Source of the DNA: an uncultured archaeon
GTDB taxonomy: Archaea > Aenigmatarchaeota > Aenigmatarchaeia > QMZP01 > QMZT01
Direction: 5' to 3'
NCBI GenBank assembly: GCA_964346665.1
Contig: CAYFVC010000026.1
Span: 18,197 to 82,196 of the forward strand
Length of the DNA: 64,000 bases
Shown one piece after another: positions 9,222-18,641 of the stretch (the stretch's first letter is position 1; the number at the start of each line of letters is the position of its first letter). The notes under the pieces were generated by a model. The model made no database searches. It was not told the DNA's origin and worked only from the letters and a program-made list of their open reading frames with translations. The position numbers and the translations under genes were made by a program.

Positions 9222-9842
9222 TCACTCTGTTTCCTTCTCTGCGGATTCCTCTGTCATCTTCTTCGCTTTCTCTCCAGCTATCTTCAAAGCTGTCTCTTCA
9301 TCGACTTTTTCTAAATCGTCTATCGCATGTATAAGTTCCTGTGATTCCTCATCGACCAAGACCTCTTCTTTTCCGAAAACCCTTTCCAGTTTCTCCTTTA
9401 CCTTGTCCAGCCTTCCCTCTTCCAAAGCTTCCTTTACGTCCTCGTCCGTTAGAACCTCATTGAGCTTGTTCATGTCACAATTAAGTATATCTTTTGTAAG
9501 TTCTGACTCTTTCTCCGTTTTCTCTCTTTCTTTCATGGCCTGTACGAGCATGATGAGCTGGAGTTCGCGCAGGAAGTGACAAGCTTCCATCTGCTTCGTT
9601 CGAGATTCGAGCCTCAATGCCTTTATCTTCTGCACATTCAGCATTTTCAGCGTGGTGGGCTGCCCTTTCGCTTCAAGCATTAACTTCTGGATTTTCTCCG
9701 CTATGCCTTTCAGATCATCCGAAATCCTCTCAACTTCCTTTTCTATCCTTACCCTCTCCTTAAAGAGATCGTCGTCCTTTATCGAAAAAACATCCTTCCC
9801 GAACCTCGACATGATGAATTTTTTAAGATCCATAATCCTCAC
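9222..9842 (-). CDS. cdvB: ESCRT-III / Snf7-family protein (CdvB-like)
   Basis: About 200 aa, predicted helical, basic N-half and acidic C-half (..EEVLVDEESQELIHAIDDLEKVDEE..) as in Snf7/CHMP proteins; lies directly upstream of the Vps4 gene on the same strand. Confidence 0.55.
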   Translation of the reverse strand: MRIMDLKKFIMSRFGKDVFSIKDDDLFKERVRIEKEVERISDDLKGIAEKIQKLMLEAKGQPTTLKMLNVQKIKALRLESRTKQMEACHFLRELQLIMLVQAMKEREKTEKESELTKDILNCDMNKLNEVLTDEDVKEALEEGRLDKVKEKLERVFGKEEVLVDEESQELIHAIDDLEKVDEETALKIAGEKAKKMTEESAEKETE

Positions 9843-9887
9843 CTTTTTACCTTGATATTTATTTTGACAAGTTTTAAATATAAAAGT

Positions 9888-12800
9888 ATGAAAAAAGCGT
9901 TTCTACTCTCTCTTGACGCTATAGCCGCCATAACATTGTTATTTGTGATCTCGCTGTTTCTAGCAGGTTTGTCATTCACTTATGCCTCTCCAGAACTACG
10001 CTATCAAAGGTATTATTACGCAGGGAAAGACTTGGCAAATATCCTTGAAGAAACGAGAATAAAAGCAGTTTCCGATATAGTGAATCTCGGTGACTACGGA
10101 TTGGGTGAGGATGATATGAACAGGACTATCTTGGATGTAATAGGCTCTTTCTGGGCAGAAGGAAACATAAGTTACGCGAGGAATCTCACGAAGGAGATAT
10201 TCGAAAATGTCATGAACAGGACAGGACTCAGTTACGAGATTATGTTCGATGGGGACTCGATATACTCGAGTGGGGAATATTCGGACTTTCTTTCGAGACT
10301 CTCCACGATAGTTTCGGGTTATGAGAAAACCAAGCCTGTGAACGGTTATCTTGCAAAGGTTTACCTCACAAAGGTTAGTAAGTCCAATTCATATTTTTCG
10401 TATTTCGGAGGTTATGTGGGCGACGGTAACGTAACGAAAATCATAATGCTTCCTTCGGACGTGAACGTAACTAATTTTTACATGGAGATGAATGTGGGAA
10501 ACAACTTCACACTCTACATTAACGGGAACTTTTCTGGGAACTACGAAAAAACGAAAGTTAACTTCTCCGCGGACAACTGGACTGTATGCTCCGTAACGAT
10601 CAACCCCGCGTATTGCTCGTATTTCACAGGAGGGAACAACACGGTGGAGATAAAATTCAAGGAAAATGTAACCAACTACATAGGAGGAGGGTATTTGAAA
10701 ATCAAATACAAAACCTCGGAGTTGACAGAAGGTGAATACATTTACAGCGGGGATACAAGGATTGGCAAATATTATTTCCCCGGGATAAATGGCCTGATCA
10801 ACCTCTATTCCTCATTTTACATACCCGGTACGCTGAACAACATAAGCGTACGCCTCCACTACTTCAACAACCTGAGCTTTAACAATGTAGGGATCCCTGT
10901 GTATTTCGTGATAGGAGCGGAAGAAGTCTATAAAAGCAACGAGACCGGAGAACAAGACATATATATAAACGATTCTAACATATCCGAGATCTTCGGAGGT
11001 AAAACAACTCTAATAGAAATATTAAGCAACGCCACGATCCCAATAAGATTCGGAACGGAAACATTCGCTTTCCTAGGAGGTAAGGGCTCTAGCGATTCAG
11101 TTTTAATAACTGATGTTTCGGGGAGTATGAATATGACATGTGATGTTCAAACCACTGCATGCCTACACCCTGACTGCAACTCAGGGACAAGTGGCTGTCA
11201 GAACTGGAGAATAGATGTAGCGAAAGATGTTGATAAGGAATTTGTTGACACCATTATCAACTACACAGGTTGTAGGGTTGGTCTTGTAAATTATTCCACA
11301 AGTGTTCAAGAAACCCATCCCTTAAGCAATGACAGTGCTTCCCTAATATCCCACATAGACGGGTATAGGGCATCGGGGATGACATGTATATCATGTGGTA
11401 TAGCAAGTGCAACGAATATGTTAGTAAATTCAAAAGTCGTTAAAACCGTTATCCCTTCCAAATCATCTTGGCTATACAACACAAGCTTCCCTTCAAGTGA
11501 TCCTCCAGACATTAACGGCACCAATTGGACTTGGCATAACTACACAGATTCAGGATGGAATCAAGGACAGGCGATACTTGGTTTCGAGAATGACCCTTAT
11601 TCCCCGAACATTAACACAAATATAGGAAACAACGGAGGAAATTATTACTTCAGGAAACATTTCAACATAAGCGATCCAAATGATATAGATTTCGGAGAAC
11701 TATACGTCCTTTCTGATGATAACGCTGAAGTTTATCTTAACGGGAATCTAATAAATAACGATACAGAGGAGCACAACGCAACCTATTGGAACAAGGGAGG
11801 GACCCTTTTCTATGATGACTTCGAGAGTTATTACGGGCCTGGAGCATACCAAGTTGACGGAACTGATCTTAACATGTCTCCTGGCTACTGGTTCATAGAT
11901 GACACAGGGGAGGAAGTTTTCATGATGTGTGATCAGTCAGACTACCCATCACATAGCGGAACAGATGTTCTGGTTTTCAGGCAAATGGATTCATATGGTT
12001 ATGCGGAAACTCATTTGAACCTGTCTGGTAAATCGAACCTTGTGTTTTCTTATTGGTGGAGGGCTGGAACCAACCGATTCGAAAGCAGCGAGTACGGTGA
12101 TGTCTGGATATGGGATGGTAGTTGGCAAAGAGTCAGGAGGTATTCCAGAGAGGAAAATTACGGTGAATACCATCACGATGAAATAGATTTATCTGGTTAC
12201 AATATGATAGAGAACTTCACAATAAGATTCGGTTCAAGATCGAGTTATGATAGTGAAAGGTTTTACGTGGATGATGTTAAAATAAGGGAAAGTATAATTG
12301 TGGATAAAACATATCTTCGAAAAGGGGACAACGTCATAGCAGTGAAACTTCGAAATAACGACAATGATAACGCGAAATTCGATCTGGAGCTTAATTTGAC
12401 TATGAAAAGGTATAAGGCGATGTTGGTTATGAGTGATGGGGAGGCGAATAGATGTGTTCCAGGAGTGAGCTGTAGCGGTCTAGCAGATAACCAAGCAATA
12501 GACAAGGCGTGTGAAGCCAGGGATAATTACAGCATAACCGTGTATTCTGTCGCTTTTGGTGATGGAGCAGACATGGACACGTTGGAGAGAATTGCATGTT
12601 GGAATTGTTCTGCGGATGATTGGATCCCTGGCTGCGACAATTTCTACAACAGCTCGAATGCAGAAGAATTGAAGGATATTTACAAGGATATAGCTGAGAA
12701 CATAGCAAATGCGACTTATGAGGCGCAGATTTTCAACATTACCGGGAACATCTCACTGGACAACATTCTCTATCCAGATTCTTTCATCTCGTTCAACTAC

Positions 12801-13640
12801 ACGCCTATTGTCAAATCACTGGAATACGGGGAGATAACTCTAGGGTTTGAATCTCCAAGGTTGAGGGAATCAACAGGCGAAACCATGATAACGGATAACG
12901 AAACGGGAACGAAAGAAGGGTGGTTCATAATTCCGAGTAACACAGAGGTTGTAACAGAGGTTCTTGATTCGAAAATAACCTCGTATTCCTCATTCTACTG
13001 GACAGACAGGTTGTGGGTGAACTCTTCAAACACGCCTAATCAGAATTGGACAAGGGTTTATTGGTTAGGGAACTATTCGGATGATTACGAAGAAGTTGGC
13101 GACCCATATATCATACAGATTCCTCCTAACTTTCTCAAACCTGGAGGTAACAATTCCTTCAAGATAGGGACAGGTATTTATCCGTCCCCTGAAGGTGGTT
13201 TAGGTGGTTCGCCAGATGATAGGGTGATTTACACCATTGGGATTATCGGAGTAACTTTAATAGAATACAGTGATATTTTTCCTAAGGCCAAAGGCTCAAG
13301 ACCAACGATATACTACGATTCGAATGGGGACAACATACCGGAGAGTTCCGTGACCGTGGAAGTGGGACCTGATCCGGATGATGTATTCGATCCTCAGAAT
13401 GATTCAATTGATAACGGATTTATGAAGCTTATGAATGCTTTGAACTTCATAAGTGATCTGAACCCGAATGTTGTTGATCTTAATCACACCAGCTCTGGTC
13501 CTACAGGAACCGGTGACGGCTCTGATAATAATCCGATTGATCTCGAAATCACAGAAGAGGTTGAATTCAAATCGGATTTCATATCCCAGATTCCGTCCAT
13601 GTGGGGTCCTGCTATAATGGAGGTGAGGATATGGGGGTAA
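9888..13640 (+). CDS. Giant (about 1250 aa) extracellular protein with vWA/MIDAS motifs, N-terminal membrane anchor or class-III-like signal, heavily N-glycosylation-sequon-rich
   Basis: MKKAFLLSLDAIAAITLLFVISLFLAG N-terminal hydrophobic segment. DxSGS MIDAS motif (VLITDVSGSMNM) near aa 410 and the second vWA half (AMLVMSDGEAN...TVYSVAFGDGAD) near aa 850. Dozens of N-x-S/T sequons. Confidence 0.7.
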   Translation: MKKAFLLSLDAIAAITLLFVISLFLAGLSFTYASPELRYQRYYYAGKDLANILEETRIKAVSDIVNLGDYGLGEDDMNRTILDVIGSFWAEGNISYARNLTKEIFENVMNRTGLSYEIMFDGDSIYSSGEYSDFLSRLSTIVSGYEKTKPVNGYLAKVYLTKVSKSNSYFSYFGGYVGDGNVTKIIMLPSDVNVTNFYMEMNVGNNFTLYINGNFSGNYEKTKVNFSADNWTVCSVTINPAYCSYFTGGNNTVEIKFKENVTNYIGGGYLKIKYKTSELTEGEYIYSGDTRIGKYYFPGINGLINLYSSFYIPGTLNNISVRLHYFNNLSFNNVGIPVYFVIGAEEVYKSNETGEQDIYINDSNISEIFGGKTTLIEILSNATIPIRFGTETFAFLGGKGSSDSVLITDVSGSMNMTCDVQTTACLHPDCNSGTSGCQNWRIDVAKDVDKEFVDTIINYTGCRVGLVNYSTSVQETHPLSNDSASLISHIDGYRASGMTCISCGIASATNMLVNSKVVKTVIPSKSSWLYNTSFPSSDPPDINGTNWTWHNYTDSGWNQGQAILGFENDPYSPNINTNIGNNGGNYYFRKHFNISDPNDIDFGELYVLSDDNAEVYLNGNLINNDTEEHNATYWNKGGTLFYDDFESYYGPGAYQVDGTDLNMSPGYWFIDDTGEEVFMMCDQSDYPSHSGTDVLVFRQMDSYGYAETHLNLSGKSNLVFSYWWRAGTNRFESSEYGDVWIWDGSWQRVRRYSREENYGEYHHDEIDLSGYNMIENFTIRFGSRSSYDSERFYVDDVKIRESIIVDKTYLRKGDNVIAVKLRNNDNDNAKFDLELNLTMKRYKAMLVMSDGEANRCVPGVSCSGLADNQAIDKACEARDNYSITVYSVAFGDGADMDTLERIACWNCSADDWIPGCDNFYNSSNAEELKDIYKDIAENIANATYEAQIFNITGNISLDNILYPDSFISFNYTPIVKSLEYGEITLGFESPRLRESTGETMITDNETGTKEGWFIIPSNTEVVTEVLDSKITSYSSFYWTDRLWVNSSNTPNQNWTRVYWLGNYSDDYEEVGDPYIIQIPPNFLKPGGNNSFKIGTGIYPSPEGGLGGSPDDRVIYTIGIIGVTLIEYSDIFPKAKGSRPTIYYDSNGDNIPESSVTVEVGPDPDDVFDPQNDSIDNGFMKLMNALNFISDLNPNVVDLNHTSSGPTGTGDGSDNNPIDLEITEEVEFKSDFISQIPSMWGPAIMEVRIWG

Positions 13641-13653
13641 GGAGGGAGATGAT

Positions 13654-14307
13654 ATGAAAAAATTAATCATTTTGTTGGTGATGGTTTTTTTGATTCCAAA
13701 CGTACTAGCGCAGGAAAACGAGGTGTGCCTTGTTTATTTCACAGGGAGCTTGTGTGGGGATGAATGCGGGTTAACTAACACCTTCATGAACGGCCTTATG
13801 GGTGAGTATTCGGCTATCTTAACAGCAATAACATATGATATTGACGCCAGTCAGGAGAATAAGGATGTATTTGAAACATATAGGGGGACGTATGGTCTGC
13901 CTTCTGGCGTGCCTCTCGTCCTATTCGGAGAGGATGATTACCTGCTGGGGAAGAATGATATTTACAGAAATACAGAAAGGAAAATATTAATTTTCTTGGG
14001 CCAGGAAGGAACCAACTGTCCTCTTGAGAGCGGGTATGTCCCTCCAAGCGATCTGGATCCTAGTGATCTCCCAGGACAGCCAGAGGTTTTCGAAAGTGAG
14101 CAGGATGAAATAGTAGAGGAGGAAACTGAGGAAGATGTAACCGAGGAAGAAACCGTCCCTGAGGGGACTGGAATAGACATAGTATCGGTCATCGAGGACG
14201 CGGCGAAATCCGAATTTTTCCCCGAGGTTGCATTGGTTACGGCGGTGTTCATCATACTAATATTTGCGATTAGCATTGCATTTGGAAGGAAAAGTAGGAT
14301 AAAATAG
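13654..14307 (+). CDS. Secreted protein with N-terminal signal peptide, acidic linker and C-terminal TM anchor with basic tail (possible sortase-type sorting signal)
   Basis: MKKLIILLVMVFLIPNVLAQ signal peptide. Cys cluster CLVYFTGSLCGDECG. C-terminal ..FFPEVALVTAVFIILIFAISIAFGRKSRIK. Starts 14 nt after the giant protein gene. Confidence 0.5.
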   Translation: MKKLIILLVMVFLIPNVLAQENEVCLVYFTGSLCGDECGLTNTFMNGLMGEYSAILTAITYDIDASQENKDVFETYRGTYGLPSGVPLVLFGEDDYLLGKNDIYRNTERKILIFLGQEGTNCPLESGYVPPSDLDPSDLPGQPEVFESEQDEIVEEETEEDVTEEETVPEGTGIDIVSVIEDAAKSEFFPEVALVTAVFIILIFAISIAFGRKSRIK

Positions 14308-14315
14308 GAAGAACT

Positions 14316-14684
14316 ATGAAAAAAGATAAGAAATTTTACATTTACCTTTCTCTTGTTATTCTTGAAACTTTCGTCCTTCTGTGGTTTTCTTTCCTGCCCT
14401 CGGTGGATTTCATTAGGACTGGTTTCCTCAGGCTGGGTGATCTCGAGCATTTCGTGGCGTATGCGGTCTACGGTTTCCTTCTCCACAGGGTTTCCAAGTA
14501 TTTTCTCGGGGGGAAGGAATCCCTTCTCTTGTCTCTTGTGATCGGGTCATTTCTAGGGGGGATGTGTGAAACCATACAGTATCTCCTTCCCTATAGGATC
14601 GGGGATGTGATTGACTGGGGGATAGACACGCTGGGATCTTTTGTAGGGGGATTCGTGAGTTCGAAATTTAAACCTTTTTCTTAA
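14316..14684 (+). CDS. VanZ-like family membrane protein
   Basis: 122 aa, 3-4 TM helices with conserved-looking D/H/AY/G positions (..GDLEHFVAYAVYGFLL..) typical of the VanZ-like domain. Confidence 0.55.
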   Translation: MKKDKKFYIYLSLVILETFVLLWFSFLPSVDFIRTGFLRLGDLEHFVAYAVYGFLLHRVSKYFLGGKESLLLSLVIGSFLGGMCETIQYLLPYRIGDVIDWGIDTLGSFVGGFVSSKFKPFS

Positions 14685-14710
14685 ATAAATTAAAAACCCT
14701 AAGTGATTGT

Positions 14711-15208
14711 ATGAAGGCTCCTATATGTGAAGTCTGCCTGAATTCAGATATACTGTGTATGGCATGCAAGAAGAAATTGGATGAGGGGAAGGTAACAGAA
14801 AACGATATCAAGGTTTCGAAGATTGTAAACGAAATTGCGAAAACCTTCAAGCCGTTGGATGGAATTGAAATAAAAAAAGTGATTGAGGGGAAGAACATAT
14901 CGGTTATCGTGTGCAAGAAGGGGGATGGTCCGAGGCTTGTGGGGAAGGACGGGGTTATGATAAAGAAACTTTCGAAACTGCTCGGAAAACCCCTCAGGGT
15001 TGTGGAGGAGTCAGAGGACGTGAAAGAGTTCGTGCAAAACCTGATACAACCAATCCCTGTGATCGGATTGAACATAATATACAAACCTGAAAAAGAGGTT
15101 TTGAAGGTCATAATACCTAAGGGGAGGAAAATCCCCATGTCAAAAGAATCCTTTGCTGAAGTGATGAATAGAATGTTCGGAAAGGATGCGATTGTGGCAA
15201 ATGAATAA
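14711..15208 (+). CDS. RNA-binding protein with N-terminal zinc ribbon and KH domain
   Basis: CEVC...CMAC zinc ribbon, then a KH-like GxxG segment (VGKDGVMIKKLSKLLGKPLRVV). Confidence 0.5.
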   Translation: MKAPICEVCLNSDILCMACKKKLDEGKVTENDIKVSKIVNEIAKTFKPLDGIEIKKVIEGKNISVIVCKKGDGPRLVGKDGVMIKKLSKLLGKPLRVVEESEDVKEFVQNLIQPIPVIGLNIIYKPEKEVLKVIIPKGRKIPMSKESFAEVMNRMFGKDAIVANE

Positions 15209-15225
15209 CTGATTCTGGTGTTAGG

Positions 15226-17004
15226 ATGGGGAAAAAGAGGATAGTGGTCCATGACAAGGAGTTATGTAGGTATGACAGCTGTGGGTACAAGTGCGTGAAA
15301 ATCTGTCCGATCAACAGGTCTGGGGAGGAGTGTGTAGTGGAAGGCGAGGATAGGTATCCAATATTCAACGAGGAGTTGTGTATAGGATGTGGTATATGCT
15401 CGAAAGCGTGCGAGAAACTCGGCTTCAACGCGATATCTGTTGTGAATCTTCCTAAAGAACTGGAGGAAGACCCCATACACAGATATGGAAAAAACCAATT
15501 CGCCCTCTACAAGCTTCCCATTCCAAAGAAAAATGTCGTGAATGGTCTGATCGGCCCGAACGGGGTGGGGAAGACAACCGTTCTAAACATTCTCTCTGGG
15601 AACATAAAACCGAATATTGGTTTGTTCAGGAAAAAGGTCCCTTGGGATTTCATAATAGATAAGTTCAAGGGAACAGAACTGCAGGAATATCTCGAAATGC
15701 TTTCAGGGAAAGGATTCGAAATAGGGTACAAACCACAGCATGTTGATCTCATCCCGAACATGTGGAAGGGGAAGGTGAAAGATTTGCTCAGTAAATACAG
15801 AGGTTATGAAAAGGTTGTCGAAAGATTAGGGATGAATGAAATGCTGGAAAAGGGTGTGAAAACCTTATCGGGGGGCGAACTCCAATTACTTGCGATAGCC
15901 GCTGTTTTGTCGAAAGAGCATGACTTTTACTTCTTCGATGAGCCTTCTAGCTACCTTGATGTGAAACAACGATTGCTAGTTGCAAAGGAAATCCGTAAGC
16001 TTTCCGAAAACAAGGAGGTTATGGTGGTTGAGCACGATCTTGCGATACTGGATTACCTGAGCGATCATGTTCACATACTCTACGGAAAGCCGGGGACGTT
16101 CGGGGTTGTTTCAAACCCTTATGGCGTGAGGGTCGGGATAAACACGTATCTGGAAGGTTACATAAAGGAGGAAAATGTCCGTTTCAGAGACAAGCCCATT
16201 TTCTTCTCGAAAAGTGCTCGTGTCCCTGGAAAGGATCAACTGCTTCTCGAGTTCTCGGGATTTGAGAAATCCTTCGAGGATTTTTTTCTTAAAACGGAAC
16301 CGGGTGAAATTCACAAGGGAGAGGTTATAGGGATATTGGGGGCGAACAGTATTGGAAAAACCACGTTCATACGTATGTTGGTGGGCGAATTGAAACCGAA
16401 TAAAGGGGAGTTCGTGAAGATGAGGTTATCCTATAAACCACAGAGACTGGTCTTGGAAAAGGAGGAGAAGAAGCTTGAAGTTAAAGAGTACATAAAAATA
16501 AATGTGGGAAAGAGACTCCAAAACACAGAATTCAAAAGGATACTCTCATCACTCGGGATTGAAAGGAACCTTGAAAAAAAGATGAAAACCCTCTCCGGAG
16601 GGGAATTGCAGGCTGTGTTCATTGCGTGTTCGCTTGGGAAAGAACACGATATTCTCCTTCTCGATGAGCCTTCTGCTTTCCTGGATGTGGAACAAAGGCT
16701 TAAGATCTCGAAAATAATAAGGAATCACGTCGAAAGTAACGAAATCTCCGCTTTCGTGGTGGACCACGATCTTCAGGTTATAGATTCGATAGCGGACAGG
16801 ATAATGGTGTTCGAGGGTGAAGGAGGGAAGGAAGGTCTAGGGAGGAAGCCCTGCGAAATAAAGGACGGGATGAACAATTTCTTACGAAAACTCGAAATCA
16901 CTTTTCGGAGGGATCCGCAGACGGGGAGGGCAAGGGCGAATAAGCCTGATTCCCAGAAGGACAGGGAACAGAAAGAAATGGGGGAATATTATTATTCTGG
17001 TTGA
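15226..17004 (+). CDS. abcE1: ABCE1 / RNase L inhibitor (ribosome recycling factor) with N-terminal 4Fe-4S domains and twin ABC cassettes
   Basis: N-terminal C..C..C...CP and CIGCGICSKAC ferredoxin motifs; two Walker A sites (GPNGVGKTT, GANSIGKTT) and two LSGGE signatures. Confidence 0.9.
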   Translation: MGKKRIVVHDKELCRYDSCGYKCVKICPINRSGEECVVEGEDRYPIFNEELCIGCGICSKACEKLGFNAISVVNLPKELEEDPIHRYGKNQFALYKLPIPKKNVVNGLIGPNGVGKTTVLNILSGNIKPNIGLFRKKVPWDFIIDKFKGTELQEYLEMLSGKGFEIGYKPQHVDLIPNMWKGKVKDLLSKYRGYEKVVERLGMNEMLEKGVKTLSGGELQLLAIAAVLSKEHDFYFFDEPSSYLDVKQRLLVAKEIRKLSENKEVMVVEHDLAILDYLSDHVHILYGKPGTFGVVSNPYGVRVGINTYLEGYIKEENVRFRDKPIFFSKSARVPGKDQLLLEFSGFEKSFEDFFLKTEPGEIHKGEVIGILGANSIGKTTFIRMLVGELKPNKGEFVKMRLSYKPQRLVLEKEEKKLEVKEYIKINVGKRLQNTEFKRILSSLGIERNLEKKMKTLSGGELQAVFIACSLGKEHDILLLDEPSAFLDVEQRLKISKIIRNHVESNEISAFVVDHDLQVIDSIADRIMVFEGEGGKEGLGRKPCEIKDGMNNFLRKLEITFRRDPQTGRARANKPDSQKDREQKEMGEYYYSG

Positions 17005-17918
17005 TGTACGACTTTAGCGGAAACGACCTTGTACATCGCAAAAAGCAATAAAACTGTTCCCAACCACTGACCTGGCAAGAGAGTTTCCCCGTAAATAAGG
17101 AATTCTCCTATTATCACTGTAGCGGGCATTGCGAGCTCATAGATAGTTGACTTCGAGGCCGGAACTCTTTTAAGACCGTAGTAATATATGAATATCGCAA
17201 CCCCTCCGGTTGTGAAAGCGATAAGTAGTAGGGTTAAAAGATTTATCTGCGTTACGTCTGCGAAGTATGATAACTTATTCATGGAAATGACTACTATGAA
17301 CATTATGAGTGTTGTCATACCAAATCTGAGGTATGTTCCCACCCTGAAGTTGACTTTCTCTATTGCGCGCTTGCTGAAAACGGTTGAAGAACCCCATGCG
17401 AAGGCTGCCAGCAGAGAGAGCATGGCAGCAATAAATGTTGCATTCGCGGGGTCGGGCGGTGAAAATCCAAAAGTAAGGAAGTAGCTTCCGATTATTGCAA
17501 CAGCAGCCCATAAAAAGAAATTCTTTCTTGGTCTTTCCCTCAGAACTATAGCTGCGACTGTTATTGCGAATAAAGGCTGGAGTTTTTGCAGGAGGATTAC
17601 GACTGAAAGTTTTACGAATTGGACCATAAAAAGAGCGGAGGTTATCGCCATAGTTCCTATCGCCCCTCCGAACAAGCCGACCCAGAAGAATGCTCCCCAG
17701 TCCCTTAGATTGAGTTTCTTAAGCTCCTTTCTCTCGTAAACCAGAAGGGTTGACATGTAAGCAAAAGCGATGGCATGCTCAAGGAAAACAACGACAGCAA
17801 CGTCCAGATGGTAGAGAGAGGGACGAAGTAGAACGCCGTCAATCCCCCACAACATGGCAGCGAAGGCTATCGCTAACGCTCCTAATACAGGGATAGAGAT
17901 TGATTTCCTGTCTAACAT
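16992..17918 (-). CDS. EamA/DMT-superfamily transporter (about 10 TM)
   Basis: Two internally repeated 5-TM halves rich in G/A/L with short loops; start chosen at MLDRKSISIPVLGALAIAF to avoid overlap with ribK. Confidence 0.65.
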   Translation of the reverse strand: MLDRKSISIPVLGALAIAFAAMLWGIDGVLLRPSLYHLDVAVVVFLEHAIAFAYMSTLLVYERKELKKLNLRDWGAFFWVGLFGGAIGTMAITSALFMVQFVKLSVVILLQKLQPLFAITVAAIVLRERPRKNFFLWAAVAIIGSYFLTFGFSPPDPANATFIAAMLSLLAAFAWGSSTVFSKRAIEKVNFRVGTYLRFGMTTLIMFIVVISMNKLSYFADVTQINLLTLLLIAFTTGGVAIFIYYYGLKRVPASKSTIYELAMPATVIIGEFLIYGETLLPGQWLGTVLLLFAMYKVVSAKVVHQPE

Positions 17919-17922
17919 CCTG

Positions 17923-18579
17923 TCACGCCCTAAGCTCCACGTGCACGTAATCGCCGTCTTTGAGGGAAAGCTCTTTTCTAATGTTGACTGGTGAGATGAT
18001 TTCGATAACATCAGAAGGGTGATGTGTTCTTTCAGGGATCACCACCACTCCTCTTATCTTCCTGTTCACAACACAAGGGTAGCATTTTATGTCTCCGAAC
18101 GTCCTCTTTTCTTTCTTGAATCCTTCCACAACGATTGGTTTTACCTTCTCCATTTCGTTTTTCGCATTTATGTCGTGGGTTGATTTCAGCCTGATGTTCA
18201 AGGTCCCCAAGAAAGGACGTAAACCCAGTTTGTCGTGAAACTGCAGGAAATACTCATCCTGCCCTACGTAATACCCCCCTTCACCAGAGCCGGATATAAG
18301 GTTCCCCCCAAAGGAAATACCTTCATCTTTCGAGCGTTCAATTAATTCTCTCAATTCAAGGTATCTTTTTCTTAGGAATTTCGTTCCGTTTTCGGTTAGG
18401 TTTATGATCTGGCCCTTTGGGTGTGTGGTCCTGCTTATCATACCAAGGTTTTCGAGTTCCCTGATCTTCCTAGAAACGGTCTGCTGGGAAGAATCAAGTT
18501 TCTTCGCGAGAATGCTCGTGGTGACCTTTCCCTTCTTCTTGGAAAGTTCAATTAGAACATCAAGAATCTCTGCCTTCAT
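17923..18579 (-). CDS. ribK: CTP-dependent riboflavin kinase (archaeal RibK) fused to an N-terminal winged-HTH domain
   Basis: N-terminal wHTH (..TSILAKKLDSSQQTVSRKIRELENLGMISR..), then the archaeal RFK core (..GSGEGGYYV...FLGTLNIRL...GVVVIPERTHH..). Confidence 0.7.
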   Translation of the reverse strand: MKAEILDVLIELSKKKGKVTTSILAKKLDSSQQTVSRKIRELENLGMISRTTHPKGQIINLTENGTKFLRKRYLELRELIERSKDEGISFGGNLISGSGEGGYYVGQDEYFLQFHDKLGLRPFLGTLNIRLKSTHDINAKNEMEKVKPIVVEGFKKEKRTFGDIKCYPCVVNRKIRGVVVIPERTHHPSDVIEIISPVNIRKELSLKDGDYVHVELRA

Positions 18580-18641
18580 AGAAGTTATTTGTTCTGAGTT
18601 ACTTAAAAATGTTATGCTTAACAGAAATGAGTAAAATGGAA

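Noticed and set aside
13654-14307. Thioredoxin-like or redox role for the secreted Cys-cluster protein
   Set aside because: The CLVYFTGSLCGDECG cluster lacks a CxxC thioredoxin fold context, so the protein was left as a hypothetical secreted/anchored protein.
16992-17004. 13-nt overlap of abcE1 (plus strand) with the DMT transporter gene (minus strand)
   Set aside because: A convergent 3' overlap of a few codons is common in compact archaeal genomes; it is not evidence of mis-annotation.
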